NCBI GenBank assembly: GCA_030390025.1
Contig: CM059431.1
Span: 104,410,001 to 104,474,000 of the forward strand
Length of the DNA: 64,000 bases
DNA from: Squalus acanthias
Taxonomy: Eukaryota
Reading direction: 5' to 3'
Positions 63,326 through 64,000 of this stretch are shown in pieces; within the stretch, counting starts at the first letter, position 1, and each line of letters begins with the position of its first letter. The position numbers and the translations under genes were made by a program. The notes under the pieces are model-generated. The model saw only the letters and a program-made list of their open reading frames with translations, did no database searches and was not told the origin of the DNA.

Positions 63326-63825
63326 ATAACATCTGGTTCTGAGGATACTATCGGTTTCCTATATATTGCGTAACAGATTGCCACAAAAGGAAGGTGGGGA
63401 ATTGGGCGACGTGACTCGTGGTTACTGGGGGCTCCTGGAACTTTCGTCTTCTGTGGTCGGAGAGGAATTTCCCAGATTGTTTTTTTCTCCCTGAATGGGC
63501 CTAGGGTTTTATCTCTGGGTTTGTGCCTGTCCCAGGAGATTACGTGGCTGCTGGTGAGTAAGGTGAGTTGGGGATCATGGCGCTCAGTTGCATCATGACT
63601 GTATGGGACAGGCTTGATGGACCAGCTGGTCTTTTCCTGTCTATCAACTTAAATATGTTCCAAATTTGCTGACCATTAAAATCATGGGCAAAACGTGCCT
63701 GATTTTCCAATTCACACCACTGATATCTCATACCCCAGTGAAACTCGTCTGTCTCAAATCCCTCCTCTTCTTTGTTCCTCAAATAATATAAAGCTAACGG
63801 GATTCCCAATGAAACTGCCCATATT
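63326..63825 (-). pseudogene. Exon remnant: SLGIPLALYYLRNKEEEGFETDEFHWGMRYQWCELENQARFAHDF...SSEPDV(M)
   Basis: Ends phase 2 at gtaaat, matching the 62959 exon; interrupted by a CR1-tailed repeat and abutted by a CR1 tail. Confidence 0.55.
63405..63647 (+). mobile_element. Short CR1-tailed SINE-like repeat
   Basis: ggtcggagaggaatttccc...caggcttgatggaccagctggtcttttcctg CR1-like 3' end. Confidence 0.5.
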
Positions 63826-64000
63826 ACATAGAATTTACAGCACAGAAACCACCCATTCAGCCCAACTGGTCCGTGCCGGTGTTTATGCTCCACACGAGCC
63901 TCCTCCCACCCTACTTCATCTCACCCTATCAGCATAACCTTGTATTCCTTTCTCCCTTGTGTATTTATCTAGCTTCTCTTTAAGTGTATCTATGCTATTC
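63826..64000 (-). mobile_element. CR1 3' end (runs off window)
   Basis: Same subfamily tail as 23735-23900. Confidence 0.85.

Larger units (their letters stand above)
143..63825 (-). pseudogene. Large multi-exon unprocessed pseudogene of unidentified product; probably extends beyond both window ends
   Basis: Chain of AG...GT-bounded segments in non-repeat DNA. Most adjacent splice phases are compatible and translations are protein-like. They contain in-frame stops (mostly TGA) and TE insertions inside exons. Manual reconstruction only. Confidence 0.7.

Noticed and set aside
1..64000. Most 60-200 aa ORFs in the six-frame track
   Set aside because: Alternative-frame or antisense readings of SINE, LINE and MITE sequence

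Overview
Eukaryotic, repeat-dense genomic DNA, most likely from a shark or other chondrichthyan. This is inferred from the repeat complement: SacSINE1/DeuSINE-like and HE1-like SINEs, CR1 and L2 LINEs, Penelope elements, PIF/Harbinger transposons and MITEs. Well over half the window is transposable element sequence, often nested, including one CR1 with an intact 955-aa ORF2. Reading the non-repeat sequence on the minus strand shows about 15-18 GT-AG-bounded, largely phase-compatible exon remnants running across the whole window. They carry scattered nonsense codons, and several have TE insertions whose removal at target-site duplications (TSDs) restores the reading frame. I interpret this as one large unprocessed pseudogene that I cannot name; it has only a weak by-eye resemblance to TCAIM/DUF4461. 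The Penelope repeats carry minimal hammerhead-ribozyme motifs, two of them in tandem. No prokaryotic systems, CRISPR arrays, rRNA genes or true tRNA genes were seen. Repeat boundaries are approximate unless a TSD is quoted.
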